DNA of 64,000 nucleotides from Octopus sinensis. Its lineage: Eukaryota. The notes under the pieces are model-generated. The model worked only from the letters and a program-made list of their open reading frames with translations, was not told the DNA's origin and did not search any database. Positions 1 to 12,705 of the stretch are shown piece by piece. Numbering within the stretch: position 1 is the stretch's first letter; each line of letters starts with the position of its first letter. Position numbers and translations under genes: made by a program. Location of the stretch: contig NC_043017.1 in NCBI RefSeq assembly GCF_006345805.1, positions 16,802,001 to 16,866,000 of the forward strand, given 5' to 3'.

Positions 1-600
1 TTGTAAACTGCTTGAATCAAGAACTTGATATGTCCTGCTATTCTGCTTCGTCATCATCTAGTTCCACCTCATCTAGGCACCTTGACATTGCTTTGCTTGC
101 TTGCTCTTTATCCACACCATGCTTCTGCCTCTGCTTCCTACCTGTGGTCAGTCATTATGGGGTTCCCAAGTACAGACCTACCCTAAACCACATTCCCAAG
201 AAGAGCTCTGAGTTCCAGCCTCATTCCAGCCTGCTGGATTACCTTGCAGCCTCCCACTTCTTTCTTGTCTTCATGGCAACACTTGCACTAGACACTTTGG
301 TTTCCATTGAACTGGTGTACTACAAGTGTTCTTGTGCCCATATCACCATCAATTCCACCTTGAGAGAACTAAATGGAAACCTGAACTTCTTACCATTCCA
401 TACAGCTCAACACAACTTAAGCTGCATGGCAAACCAAACTATCTGTGAAGATGGTTTCTGACCTTGAGCTCAAGAGATCTCCCATACAGCCCCATAAAGA
501 CATTCGGACTTCAAAAATGAGCAAAAGCTAGAAGAGGAGGAGGAGGATCTCATGTTGGTAAACCTAGGCCTTGAATCTTTCTAGAAGCCTAAGCTTGTCC
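1..600 (-). mobile_element. Degenerate non-LTR retrotransposon ORF, Hero-like RT/post-RT region
   Basis: Minus-strand translation fragments ERFKA*VYQHEIL, R*FGLPCSLSCVELYG, RFPFSSLKVEL and KTRKKWEA resemble, from memory, Hero-clade GKFKAWIYQHGIL / RWLGLPRSLSSIALYG / QLPFSSL / RTGRKW. Many stops. Confidence 0.55.
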
Positions 601-679
601 ACAGTTTGTGGAAGATGTTCCTAAGACAAACTCAGGTCTTCATGGGGGAGATAGCCATAATTTCCCTTAGCTTGATATA

Positions 680-1020
680 CCTTCTCAAACATAGCAAAGC
701 ACCAGAAGTTTCAGTCATTTGTCATATCCTCTGTGAAGCTCAACATCTGAAGATTATTTCTCACTGCTATGTCCCATGTTTTCCTAGGTCAACCCTTTCT
801 ACAGGTTCCCTCCACAATTAGGAGAACGGCACTTCTTTATGCAGGTGTCCTTGTCCATTGGCCAATTTTTCTCTTAAGACTCTTACATGCACACTAACAT
901 TGCACATCCAGCGCAGCATGCTGGTTTCATTTCTTTCAAGCCTTTGCATATCCTCAGTAGTCACAACCGATGTCACAGGCTTTCCAAAGGTCAACTAAAG
1001 CTAAGCACAGATGTTTGCTT
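680..1020 (-). mobile_element. RTE LINE ORF2 C-terminal remnant
   Basis: Minus translation contains G*PRKTWDIAVRNNLQMLSFTEDMTND, homologous to the 7593-7868 ORF. Confidence 0.7.
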
Positions 1021-1177
1021 TTGGCAAAAGACTTCTCCTGCAGCTAGCTTAACAGGAATATAGCATCAGCAGTGCTTCTCTCTGGTACAAAACCAAACAG
1101 TATCTCATCAAGGCCAACTCTCCCCTAAGATATGTATGTATATATTTGTATCAAATATATATATATAAGCTTCCCGT

Positions 1178-1217
<40 letters not shown>

Positions 1218-1422
1218 CGTGTATATATATGTGCGTATATATATATGTGTGTATCTATCCATCTATCTATATATATATATAAATCAAAATTGATCAACAT
1301 CAATGGAATTTGTAGTTGTGATACCAGTGCCGGTGGCACGTAAGAGAACCATCCGAACGTGGCCGTAGCCAGTGCCGCATCGCACACGCACACATACATT
1401 TGTGCATGTGTGAATATGTATG

Positions 1423-1455
<33 letters not shown>

Positions 1456-1462
<7 letters not shown>

Positions 1463-1780
1463 TAGAAAAAAACCACCTTTATCAATTCAAAATGAACAAT
1501 TAAATTACACCATCTAGAAAATTACATATAATAGAAGTATTAAAATTAAAATAATAATATACCGATGATTAAGTAAATTGCAAAATAATAATAAAAACGT
1601 ATATATTTGGTAGAATAACCATTTTAATTTTTATTTTTTATAATTATTTTGCAATTTGCTTAATCATTGGTATATTATTGTTATTTTATTTTTAATATTT
1701 CTATTATATGTAATTTTCTAGATGGTGTAATTTAATTGTTCATTTTGAATTGTTAAAAGGTGGTTTTTTTCTAATTTTTA
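1456..1780. mobile_element. Foldback (long inverted repeat) element embedded in (TA)n
   Basis: About 135-bp near-perfect inverted arms (1456-1588 / 1643-1780). A second copy is at 6150-6420. Confidence 0.75.
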
Positions 1781-1861
1781 TATATATATTATATTTTGTG
1801 AAATTTGATTTAGTATTTCTAAACTGAATTTTTCCCTATAAGCTAGGAATAATATTCCCTC

Positions 1862-1916
<55 letters not shown>

Positions 1917-1927
1917 TGTTACAAATG

Positions 1928-1988
1928 TTAGATTTGTTCCCACTGCATCACAGCTTCAGCAACTGTAATGCAGTGAGGATAAATCTAA
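1928..1988. ncRNA. Pre-miRNA-like hairpin
   Basis: 26-bp stem (22 Watson-Crick pairs, 2 G-U, 2 C-A mismatches) with a 9-nt loop: TTAGATTTGTTCCCACTGCATCACAG / CTGTAATGCAGTGAGGATAAATCTAA. Confidence 0.25.
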
Positions 1989-2646
1989 TTGTGAATGCAT
2001 TTGTTAGATGGAAAGCAAAAGCCAATGTGTGTGTGCGCACGTGCGTGCATCTTTGGTTTGTCCCCTACCACTGCTTGATACCTGGTGTTGGTTCATTTAT
2101 GTCACTGCAACTTGGCAGTTTCACAAAGGAGACCGACAGAACATGTACCAGACTAAAAAAATAATCACTGAGGTCGATTTGTTCAACTAAAAGACTTCCT
2201 GTAACCGAAATTAGCATCCGTACACAGAGACGTATAGGTACATTTATGCACATGTTTTATCTTCTACTTATTTCATACCAGCTGACATGCTGGGGGCACT
2301 GCCTTGAAAACTTAGTCAAACAAATCAACCCCAGGACTTATTATTTCAAACCTAGTACTTATTCTATGGGACTCTTTTGCTGAACTGCTAAGTTATGGGG
2401 ACTAAAATTAGTCACCAAGCAGTGATGGAGAAACAAACACAGGCACAAACACACATATATACACACACACAATGGGCTTCTTTCAGTATCCATCTACCAA
2501 ATCCACTCACAAGGCGTTGGTCGGCCCGAGGCTAGAGTAGAAGACACTTGCCCAATGTGCCATGCAGTGGGACTGAACCTGGAACCATGTGGTTGGGAAG
2601 CAAGCTTCTTACTACACAGCCATGTTTGCACCTATATACACATACA

Positions 2647-3120
2647 GGCGGCGAGCTGGCAGAACTGTTACACGCCAGGCGAAATGCGTAGCAGTATTCC
2701 GTCTGCCGCTACGTTCTGAGTTCAAATTCCGCCAAGGCCGACTTTGCCTTTCATCCTTTCGGGGTTAATAAATTAAGTACCAGTTACGCACTGGAGTCGA
2801 TGTAATCGACTTAATCCCTTTGTCTGCCCTTGTTTGTCCCCTCTATGTTTAGCCCCTTGTGGGCAGTAAAGAAATATATATATACACATACAGGCGGCGA
2901 GCTGGCAGAATCGTTAGCACGCCGGGCGAAATGCTTAGCTGTATTTCGTCTGCCGTTACGTTCTGAGTTCAAATTCCGCCAAGGCCGACTTTGCCTTTCA
3001 TCCTTTCGGGGCCAATAAATTAAGTACCAGTTATGCACTGGGGTCGATGTAATCGACAATCCGTTTGTCTGTCCTTGCTTGTCCCCTCTGTGTTTAGCCC
3101 CTTGTGGGTAGTACAAGAAA
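2647..3120 (+). mobile_element. Tandem pair of tRNA-derived SINEs (family B, Deu/Nin-like core)
   Basis: Two ~230-bp copies GGCGGCGAGCTGGCAGAA...GAGTTCAAATTCC (B-box-like)...GCCTTTCATCCTTTCGGGG...AAGTACCAG...AAAGAAATA. Confidence 0.85.
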
Positions 3121-3518
3121 TATATATACACACACATACATAGAACAGGTTTCTATATCAAATCCTTCTACCAGATTCACTACCAAAGGGTGGGCCAGCC
3201 TGGAAGTATAGTGGAAGACATTTCACCTATGCGCTGGAGTGTGGGACAAAACACAAGCTATGTAGCTGCAAAGCTAGCTTCTTAGCCATACAGGTGTGCT
3301 TTGCACCTTTAGAAAAAAATAGAGAAATCATGACTAATGCAGTGTTTACGACAGCTGACTGTAGCAAGGATGTGGTGGTGGGTGGTGTAGGATTGTCGTT
3401 GTAAGGCAGGAGTGGCTGCAGGTTAAAACATGCATGATTACCATTTCTATGTGGAGAGTGTGTGTGTATATCTATCCATCTGCCTTACCTGTCTATTTCT
3501 CTCCTCGCCCTCCCCCCT

Positions 3519-3566
<48 letters not shown>

Positions 3567-3847
3567 TATAATACAATGGAGAAACAAATTTAGTTTGTTC
3601 ATCAACTTTTGTCTAATATCCGAAAGTTGACGAACAAACTAAATTTGTTTCTCCATTTTCTTAATTGTATTATAAATTTATGGTAAAAATATTTCTTTAC
3701 CTTCACCCATTTAATACAACAGATGAATTAATTGCATTGCAATTAAAAACATTTATGTATTAAGAATCTGGGTACTTTACCAACAGTATATTGGATAAAT
3801 ACTATCCCTTAGTGGCTTACACCCATAACCCCTAACTTACTTTGTAT

Positions 3848-3894
<47 letters not shown>

Positions 3895-4292
3895 GTATAC
3901 ATATAGACACAGATATATATACATACATATACACACGGAAACACACATACACACATATATATATATATATATGTAATGGAAGCGTGGCTGTGTGGTAAGA
4001 AGCTTGCTTCCTAACCACATGTTTCGTGGTTCAGTCCCACTGCATGGCACCTTCGGTAAGTGTCTTCTACTATTGCTTTGGGCTGACAAAACCTTTGTGA
4101 TTGGATTTGGTAGATGGAAACTGAAAGAAGCCCACCATATAAATATATATGTAAATAATAATAATATTTTATAAGCAATCACTGTGTACTGACTAAGAAA
4201 ATAGTCTAATATTGGAACTTTAAGCTTAAGAAATATTATTATTATTATTGTTTACTCATCACTGCTTCTCAAATTATCACAGAAAACACACA

Positions 4293-4466
4293 GGCACAGG
4301 AGTGGTTGTGTGGTAAGTAGCTTGTCTACCAACCACATGGTTCCGGGTTCAGTCCCACTGCGTGGCACCTTGGGCAAGTGTCTTCTACTATAGCGTCGGG
4401 CCGACCAAAGCCTTGTGAGTGGATTTGGTAGACGGAAACTGAAAGAAGCCCGTCCGTATATATGTG

Positions 4467-4501
<35 letters not shown>

Positions 4502-4711
4502 TTGTGTGTCTGTGTTTGTCCCCCTAGCATTACTTGACAACCGATGCTGGTGTGATTATGTCCCCGTTACTTAGCGGTTCGGCAAAAGAGACCGATAGAA
4601 TAAGTACTGGGCTTACAAAAGAATAAGTCCCGGGGTCGAGTTGCTCGATTAAAGGCGGTGCTCCAGCATGGCCGCAGTCAAATGACTGAAACAAGTAAAG
4701 GAGTAAAAGAG
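4293..4711 (+). mobile_element. Full-length tRNA-derived SINE (family A, ~420 bp)
   Basis: A-box-like TGGTTGTGTGG, B-box GGTTCAGTCCC, core GCACCTTGGGCAAGTGTC, internal TA/TG tract, and GTAAAAGAG tail. Partial copies at 2262-2631(-), 3975-4140(+) and 4770-5130(+). Confidence 0.9.
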
Positions 4712-5132
4712 TATATATATGTGTGTATGTATGTTTGTGTCTATGATTGCCCCCCCCCTGCCCCATACACACACGTTGCTTGACAATTGTGTTTACATCC
4801 TTGATGTGTTTAGATCTCTGTAGACCTAGCAGCTTGGCAAAAGGGACTGATACAATAAGTACCAAGCTTTAAAGAGATAAGTAGAGTCAATATATTCAGG
4901 TAAAAAATTTCAAAGGTGGTTTCCCCAGCATGGTGGCATGGTTGAAACAAGTAAAAGATATACACACATAAGCCTGGAAAAAGCACAGGGGTGGCATAAG
5001 CATGGGTATGGCTGTGTGGTAAGTAGTTTCAGGTTCAGTCCTACAGCATGTCAGCACCTTGGGTGAATGTCTTCTACTACAACCCCAGGCTAACCAAAAC
5101 CTTGTTAGTGGATTTGGTGGACAAAACTGAAA

Positions 5133-5170
<38 letters not shown>

Positions 5171-5362
5171 TTATAAATAGGATAATATCGATATTATCAA
5201 GTGGCCAGCATGGGAATAAATACCATACAAAGGTAAGAATTTTTTACAACTATAAATAAGGGTATCTGAGAGACCCTAAAATTTTAGGTGGTTTTTAGAG
5301 TCAGGGTTTGACTGCTATTTCGGCATAGTGGTGTCTCTCAGATACCCTTATTTATAGTTATG

Positions 5363-5405
<43 letters not shown>

Positions 5406-5671
5406 TAGATAGATACATACATACATACATACATATATACATACACACACACACACACATACATACTAACATATAGTAAAAAAAGTGCAGAGGAGGATGA
5501 CAAATGAATATAGAAAAATCCCATACAACAGGTGGAATTGTTCAACCATCGTTTTCCGCTCGGAACGTTAAATCCTCCTCCTTCTTTCTTTCTTTTCCTG
5601 AGTGTCCAATAATACTATACTTGTTCCACATCCTCGCGTTGTGTTTTCTCTTTGTGTTTTCATGTTTGGTT

Positions 5672-5749
<78 letters not shown>

Positions 5750-5962
5750 TAAATATATGTGTGTGTGTGTGTGTATAATGAACTTCATTAAACAATAGAT
5801 CGACAACTAAATAGATTCATTTATTGTGACCCCTAACTTCACCACCCGAACTTGCACTTTTAGTATTCTGCAATCACATCATTCACTTTCAACTCTGCAC
5901 TGTTCTCGAATTATCACATTTTAAATATGCTCCCATAATTATGTGTGTGTGTGTGTGTGCAG

Positions 5963-5993
<31 letters not shown>

Positions 5994-6109
5994 GCGGTGC
6001 CCCAGCATGGCCACAGCTTGTGAGCTGAAACTAGATGAAATAAAAAAAAATATAATGAAATATATACACACACACACGCATAAATTTGTGTGTGTGTGAA
6101 TATGTATGG

Positions 6110-6149
<40 letters not shown>

Positions 6150-6152
<3 letters not shown>

Positions 6153-6420
6153 AAATATTAGAAAAAACCACCTTTTATCAATTCAAAATGAATAATTAAA
6201 TTACACCATCTAGAAAATTACATATAATAGAAAAGTTAAAGTAACAATTAAAAAATTACCTATTATATACATTATATTATTTTTGTAATTTACTTAATCT
6301 TTACTTTTTAATTGTTATTTTAATTTTAACTTTTCCATTATATGTAATTTTCTAGATGGTGTAATTTAATTATTCATTTTGAATTGATAAAAGGTGGGTT
6401 TTTTCTAATATTTTACATAT
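6150..6420. mobile_element. Second copy of the (TA)n-embedded foldback element
   Basis: Same arms (ATTAGAAAAAACCACCTTTTATCAATTCAAAATG...CTAGAAAATTACATATAATAG and its reverse complement) and the same upstream leader GTGTGAATATGTATGGATGT. Confidence 0.75.
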
Positions 6421-7057
6421 ATGTATATATATGTAATATATATATATATATATATATGTAATATATCTATGTATGTATATATATATATATATACATATAT
6501 ATGTGTGTGTGTGTGTGTGTATATATATGTATACATGTGTACATGTATGTGTATATATATGTGTGTGTATATATATGTATACATGTGTACATGTATGTGT
6601 ATATATTTGTGTGTGTGTGTATATATATATACGTATGTATATGTATCTATATATACATATATACGCATGTATATGTATATATTGTGGCACTCCGTCAGAA
6701 CAGCCTGCTCGTGAAAGTAACGCTCAAGTGGCTGAGCACTCGGCTGACGTGTGTACCCTTAACGTAGTTATTGGGCAGATTCAGCGTGACAGAGAGGGTG
6801 ACAAGATGGGCCCTTTGAAATACAGGTGAAACAGAAAGAGGAACAAAGAGTGAGAGACAGTTGTGGTGGAAGAGTACAGCAGGGTTCGCCACCCCTCCCC
6901 CTGCCAGAGCCCCATGGAGCTTTAGGTGTTTTCGTTCAATAAACGCTCACAACACCCCGTCTCAGAATCGAAACTGTGATCTTACGACCGCAAGTCCACT
7001 GCCCTAACTTTTGGGCCATTGTGCCTCCACATGTATGTATGTATGTATATATATGTA

Positions 7058-7905
7058 AATCATCATCATCGTTTAACGTCTGCTTTCCATGCTGGCATGG
7101 GTTGGACGGTTTGACTGAGGACTAGCAAACCAGATATCTTCACCAGGCTCCAATCTGATCTGGCAGAGTGTCTACAGCTGGATGCCCTTCCTAATGCCAA
7201 ACACTCCAGGAGTGTAGTGGGTGCTTTTACGTGCCACTGGCACGAGGGCCAGTCAGGCGGTACTAGCAATGGCCACGCTCAAATGGTGTTTTTTACATGC
7301 CACCTGCACAGGAGCCAGTCCAGTGGCACTGGCAATGACCTCGCCAGTAAGGTGACGCTGGTAACCATCCCGCTCGAATGGTGCTTTTTACGTGCCACCA
7401 GCATGGAAGCCAGTTAACTGCCCTGGCATCGATCACGCTCAGATGGTGCTCTTAGCGCTCCACTAGCACGGATTTGATTTCGATTTCACTTGCCACAGAA
7501 GGTCTTCACAAGCAGAGTTTAGTGTCCAATGAAGGAAAGGTACACATAAGTGGGCTGGTTACACTCCTGGCATAGGCCACGAGGTTATGGTCTCACTTGG
7601 CTTGCCGGGTCTTCTCAAGCACAGCATATTTCCAAAGGTCTCGGTCACAAGTCATTTCCTCGTTGAGACCTAATGTTTGAAGGTCATGCTTCAACAGCTC
7701 ATCCCAGGTTTTCCTGGGTCTATCTCTTCCACAGGTTCCCTCAACCGCTAGGGTGTGGCACTTTTTCATACAGCTGTCCTTATCCATTCTCGCCACATGA
7801 CCATACCAGTGCAGTCGTCTCTCTTGCACACCACATCTGATGCTTCTTAGCTCCAACCTTTCTCTCAAGGTACTTACACTCTGTCAAGTATGCACACTAA
7901 CATTA
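7058..7905 (-). mobile_element. 5'-truncated RTE LINE: ORF2 C-terminus plus long 3'UTR ending in (GAT)n
   Basis: ORF 7593-7868 (RRLHWYGHVARM...GRDRPRKTW...DRDLWK) is the typical RTE C-terminus. It runs contiguously into the repeat (family C) that ends GACGTTAAACGATGATGATG. Confidence 0.9.
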
Positions 7906-8277
7906 CACATCCATCAGAACATACATATAGATGTAATTATTAGTATAATTATGCCTAAAATCTCCAAGAAGTTAAGGAGATAGACAAAGAACATGCTGTT
8001 TTTACTCCAGCATGTTCTTTGTATAATTATACTAATGTGTCCATCTGTTCTAATTTAATTAAATTCTATGTCTTTGTGCAGCTGAAGATTGGTGTGCATC
8101 TTAAACATGGTGTAATGATTGCGTTGTTCAATTAAATGGAGTTGCATGAAACGATCGTACTGCATTACCTCTGGATATCCTTGTTGCTTATTTTGATTTT
8201 AATCACCTTATTTTGAAATTGTATGGATAATACCGTACTAAATTCTGGTGTCTCAAGCTTAAGCACCATATTCATCA

Positions 8278-8333
<56 letters not shown>

Positions 8334-8750
8334 CTCATTTCAGCCATTATATCCAATACATTTGTGTGTGTAGACGCATGTTTCCAGTCATGGGGTGGGC
8401 AGAATTAAAGAATGATACAAAAAAAAATTAACATTAGAAGTGATAGAGGCATGCACTTTCAAGGTGTTATGACGATGAATAAAGGAATTCTATACATACA
8501 TATACACCTGTAGAGAAAGAATCATGGGGACGGAGGAGGAAGATGAGAAAGACTGAAAATGTATGTATGTGTGTATATGAGAGAGAGAGAGAGGTGCTTT
8601 GTGTTTGTGAAGTTGCATAATATAAAATTGGCAGGGAGAATTACTTACCTATCATTTGGCTGGCAACCCACTAGTGTGTATGTATAAATATGCATTTGTG
8701 TGTGTGTGTGTGTGGTTTTGTGTCAAAGAAGTTCACTTTCCAACCACACA

Positions 8751-8921
8751 GGCGCAGGAGTGGCTGTGTGGTAAGTAGCTTGCTAACCAACCACATGGTT
8801 CCGGGTTCAGTCCCACTGCGTGGCACCTTGGGCAAGTGTCTTCTGCTATAGCCCCGGGCCGACCAATGCCTTGTGAGTGGATTTGGTAGACGGAAACTGA
8901 AAGAAGCCTGTCGTATATATG

Positions 8922-8954
<33 letters not shown>

Positions 8955-9155
8955 TTGTGTGTCTGTGTTTGTACCCCTAGCATTGCTTGACTACCGATGC
9001 TGGTGTGTTTACGTCTCCGTCACTTAGCGGTTCGGCAAAAAGAGACCGACAGAATGAGTACTGGGCTTACAAAAAGAATAAGTCCCGGGGTCGAGTTGCT
9101 CGACTAAAGGCAGTGCTCCAGCATGGCCGCAGTCAAATGACTGAAACAAGTAAAA
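8751..9155 (+). mobile_element. SINE family A copy
   Basis: Same head, core and tail as 4293-4711. Confidence 0.9.
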
Positions 9156-9519
9156 TAAAATTTTTTTTAAAAAACAAAAAAAACATGGTTCCAGGTTCAG
9201 TGCCATTGTGTGGCACCTTGGGCAAGTGTCTTCTACTACAGCCTCAAGCCAATGAAAGTCTTACGAGTTGATTGAGTTGATGGAAGCTGAAAGAAGCCAT
9301 CATGCGTATGTATCACCTGCATCGCCTTTATTGGCAGCCTATTGGATGCTGGTCACTGCTGGTCACAGTGCCCTCCAATTCTTTCTTGCGTCATTCTCTT
9401 TCATCTTGACTCAGATCGTATGTGTGTGAGTAGGTGAGTGTGCTTGTCTCTTTGCCGTGGCATTGCATGACACTTGTCAACATATGTCACTGTCATCTAA
9501 GTACTGGCGTTCATTTACG

Positions 9520-9700
9520 ATCATCATCATCATCATCGTTTAACGTCTGCTTTCCATGCTGGCATGGGTTGGACGATTTTGACTGAGGGCTGGCGAACCA
9601 GATGGCTGCACCAGGCTTCAGTCTGATCTGGCAGAGTTTCTACAGCTGGATGCCCTTCCTAACGCCAACCACTCCATGAGTGTAGTGGGTGCTTTTGGCC
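9520..9700 (-). mobile_element. Family C (RTE 3'-end-related) short copy
   Basis: CATCATCATCGTTTAACGTC...GGATGCCCTTCCTAACGCC. Similar copies at 26420-26570(-), 43175-43385(-), 47830-47990(-) and 60560-60850(-). Confidence 0.85.
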
Positions 9701-10699
9701 ATGGGGGAAAATTACCTTGCATACAAAAGCTGAGGGCTGACGACAAGAAGGGTATCTGGGTATAGAACATCTGCCTCAATCAACTCTGTGGAATATACAC
9801 TACACACGAGCCCACACACATACGTGTGTATGTGTGTGTGTGTGATCAAAGTAATTAGAATTTAACATTCCTTTTTCCAGACTGCCATGGGTTGGATGGT
9901 TTGAGAGCTGTGCCAAGTTTTAATATCTGCTTTGACATGATGTCTACATGAGGATATCCCCCCGTCCTAATGCCAGTCACTTCACAAAGTGTACTGGGGG
10001 CTTTTGAGATGGCACCAGCATTGGTGAAATCACCAAGTACATGCAAGACAAGACCTCTCAACTGGGTGGGGTATAGAATTGAGCAAAGATTGAGGGACAG
10101 AAGCAGGGGTTTTACTCAAGAGGTGGAACAGATGGCTTGCTTGTTTGGAAAGAGAGAGCAAAAATGAGATGGGGACGGCCTAGTGTACAAGGTGAGTTTG
10201 AGAGGGAGAATGGGATAGAGGGGCAGAAAAGGTAGATGCTCAGGTAAGTGAGAATAGTGTGTGACAAGTGATTAGAGATGGGGATGAGTTGGATGCAGAG
10301 AACATCGGGTGCACTGAAGGGTACAGAGTGGAAGAAGGGAACAGAGTAACATATATTTCTTTATTGCTCACAAGGGGCTAAACATAGAGGGGACAAACAA
10401 GGACAGACAAACGGATTAAGTCAATTATATCGACCCCAGTGCGTATCTGGTACTTTATTTATCGACCCCGAAAGGATGAAAGGCAAAGTCGACCTCGGCA
10501 GAATTTGAACTCAGAACGTAACATAGAAGCATGGGTGTTGGCAGAGGAGTTGTGAGAGAAGACTTATATATGATAATAATAGGTAGCATACGAGTATGTG
10601 CACAGGTGTGAGTATATATATGTATATAATAATTATTATTTGAGGGAATAAAATCCAAACTTACAAGGAAAAAGAATTCAATTTGGAAATACTAAATCA

Positions 10700-11603
10700 A
10701 ATTACATATACACACACATATATATATACACATACATGTACACATGTATACATATATATACACACACACACATATATGTATATATATATATATATATATA
10801 CATACATAGATATATTACATATATATATACATACATGTACACATGTATACATATATATACACACACACACATATATATGTATATATATATATACATACAT
10901 AGATATATATATATTACATATATATACATATATATATATATTACATATATACTACATATATATACATATATACATATATATACATATATACATATATATT
11001 ACATATATATACATATATAACATATATATACATATATAACATATATATACATATATAACATATATACATATATATACATATATAACATATATATACATAA
11101 CATATATATACATATATAACATATATATACATATATATACATATATAACATATATAACATATATATACATATATATACATATATAACATATATATACATA
11201 TATAACATATATATACATATATAACATATATATACATAACATATATATACATATATAACATATATATACATATATATACATATATAACATATATAACATA
11301 TATATACATATATACATATATATACATATATAACATATATATACATATATAACATATATATACATATATAACATATATATACATATATAACATATATATA
11401 CATATATAACATATATAACATATATACATATATAACATATATACATATATATACATATATAACATATATACATATATATACATATATAACATATATACAT
11501 ATATAACATATATACATATATAACATATATACATATATAACATATATATACATATATAACATATATATACATATATACGTATATAACATATATATACATA
11601 TAT

Positions 11604-11700
<97 letters not shown>

Positions 11701-12164
11701 CGCCGGTGTTGCTCCAGCATAGCTGTAGCTACATGGCTGAAACGAGTAAAAGAAAAGAATAAAGGATTATACATAGATATACAGATATATATGCTTACAT
11801 ACACACATATTCATACGTAGATATATATATCTTCTTACATACATATATATACATACACACATATATATATATATACTTATACATACACACACATATATAT
11901 ACATACATACATATACATACACACACATATATACACATACATACACACATATATATATATACATACATATATATATATATACATACATATATATATATAT
12001 ACATACACATACATACACACATATATATATATACATACACATACATACACACATATATATATATACATACATATATATATATACATACACACATATATAT
12101 ATATACATACATATATATATACACATACATCCACATATATACATACATATATATTCATGCACAC

Positions 12165-12223
<59 letters not shown>

Positions 12224-12230
12224 TATACAA
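10700..12230. repeat. ~1.5-kb compound TA/CA micro-minisatellite
   Basis: Degenerate (TATATACATATATAACA)n, (TA)n and (CA)n tracts. It is the source of the spurious YI/CV-rich ORFs. Confidence 0.95.
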
Positions 12231-12452
12231 ACATACACTGACCGTCCAACCCATGTTAGTATGGAAAGTGCAGCCATAATATAGTGATGATAATGATTAA
12301 ATATATAATTATATTTATCCCTTGGATGTACTTTCTGGGTGTGTGTATGTGCATGTGCCCGTATATGAGTGTATGTGTGTGCTTGCACATGTCTGTATGT
12401 GTGTGTGCGCGCGTGTCCGTCCATGTCCGCGGCTGTCTATCCCTTGTTGCAG

Positions 12453-12673
12453 TACGTGAACACTGACACAGACAACCGCATGTAAGTATGTGTTAATTTA
12501 TCCTAACATAATATACACACAGCCGCACTAATGCCCGTGTCTGTGTTCTCGTGTAAATTTATGCTTGCATGTATGTATGTTTGTGTAGGAAATCTTCAAA
12601 TGGGGAGACAGACTGCCATCGCTATCAGCAATGACTAATGGTTTGAATCATTCACTTCTTTGGTCATTACTAA

Positions 12674-12705
<32 letters not shown>

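Noticed and set aside
4293-4360. tRNA-like sequences with A and B boxes
   Set aside because: They are SINE heads continuing into SINE cores and tails, with no complete cloverleaf.
10683-12254. Long ORFs (up to 287 aa) rich in Y/I/C/V/M
   Set aside because: They are translations of TA/CA microsatellite, which lacks stop codons by construction. The same applies to similar ORFs throughout the window.
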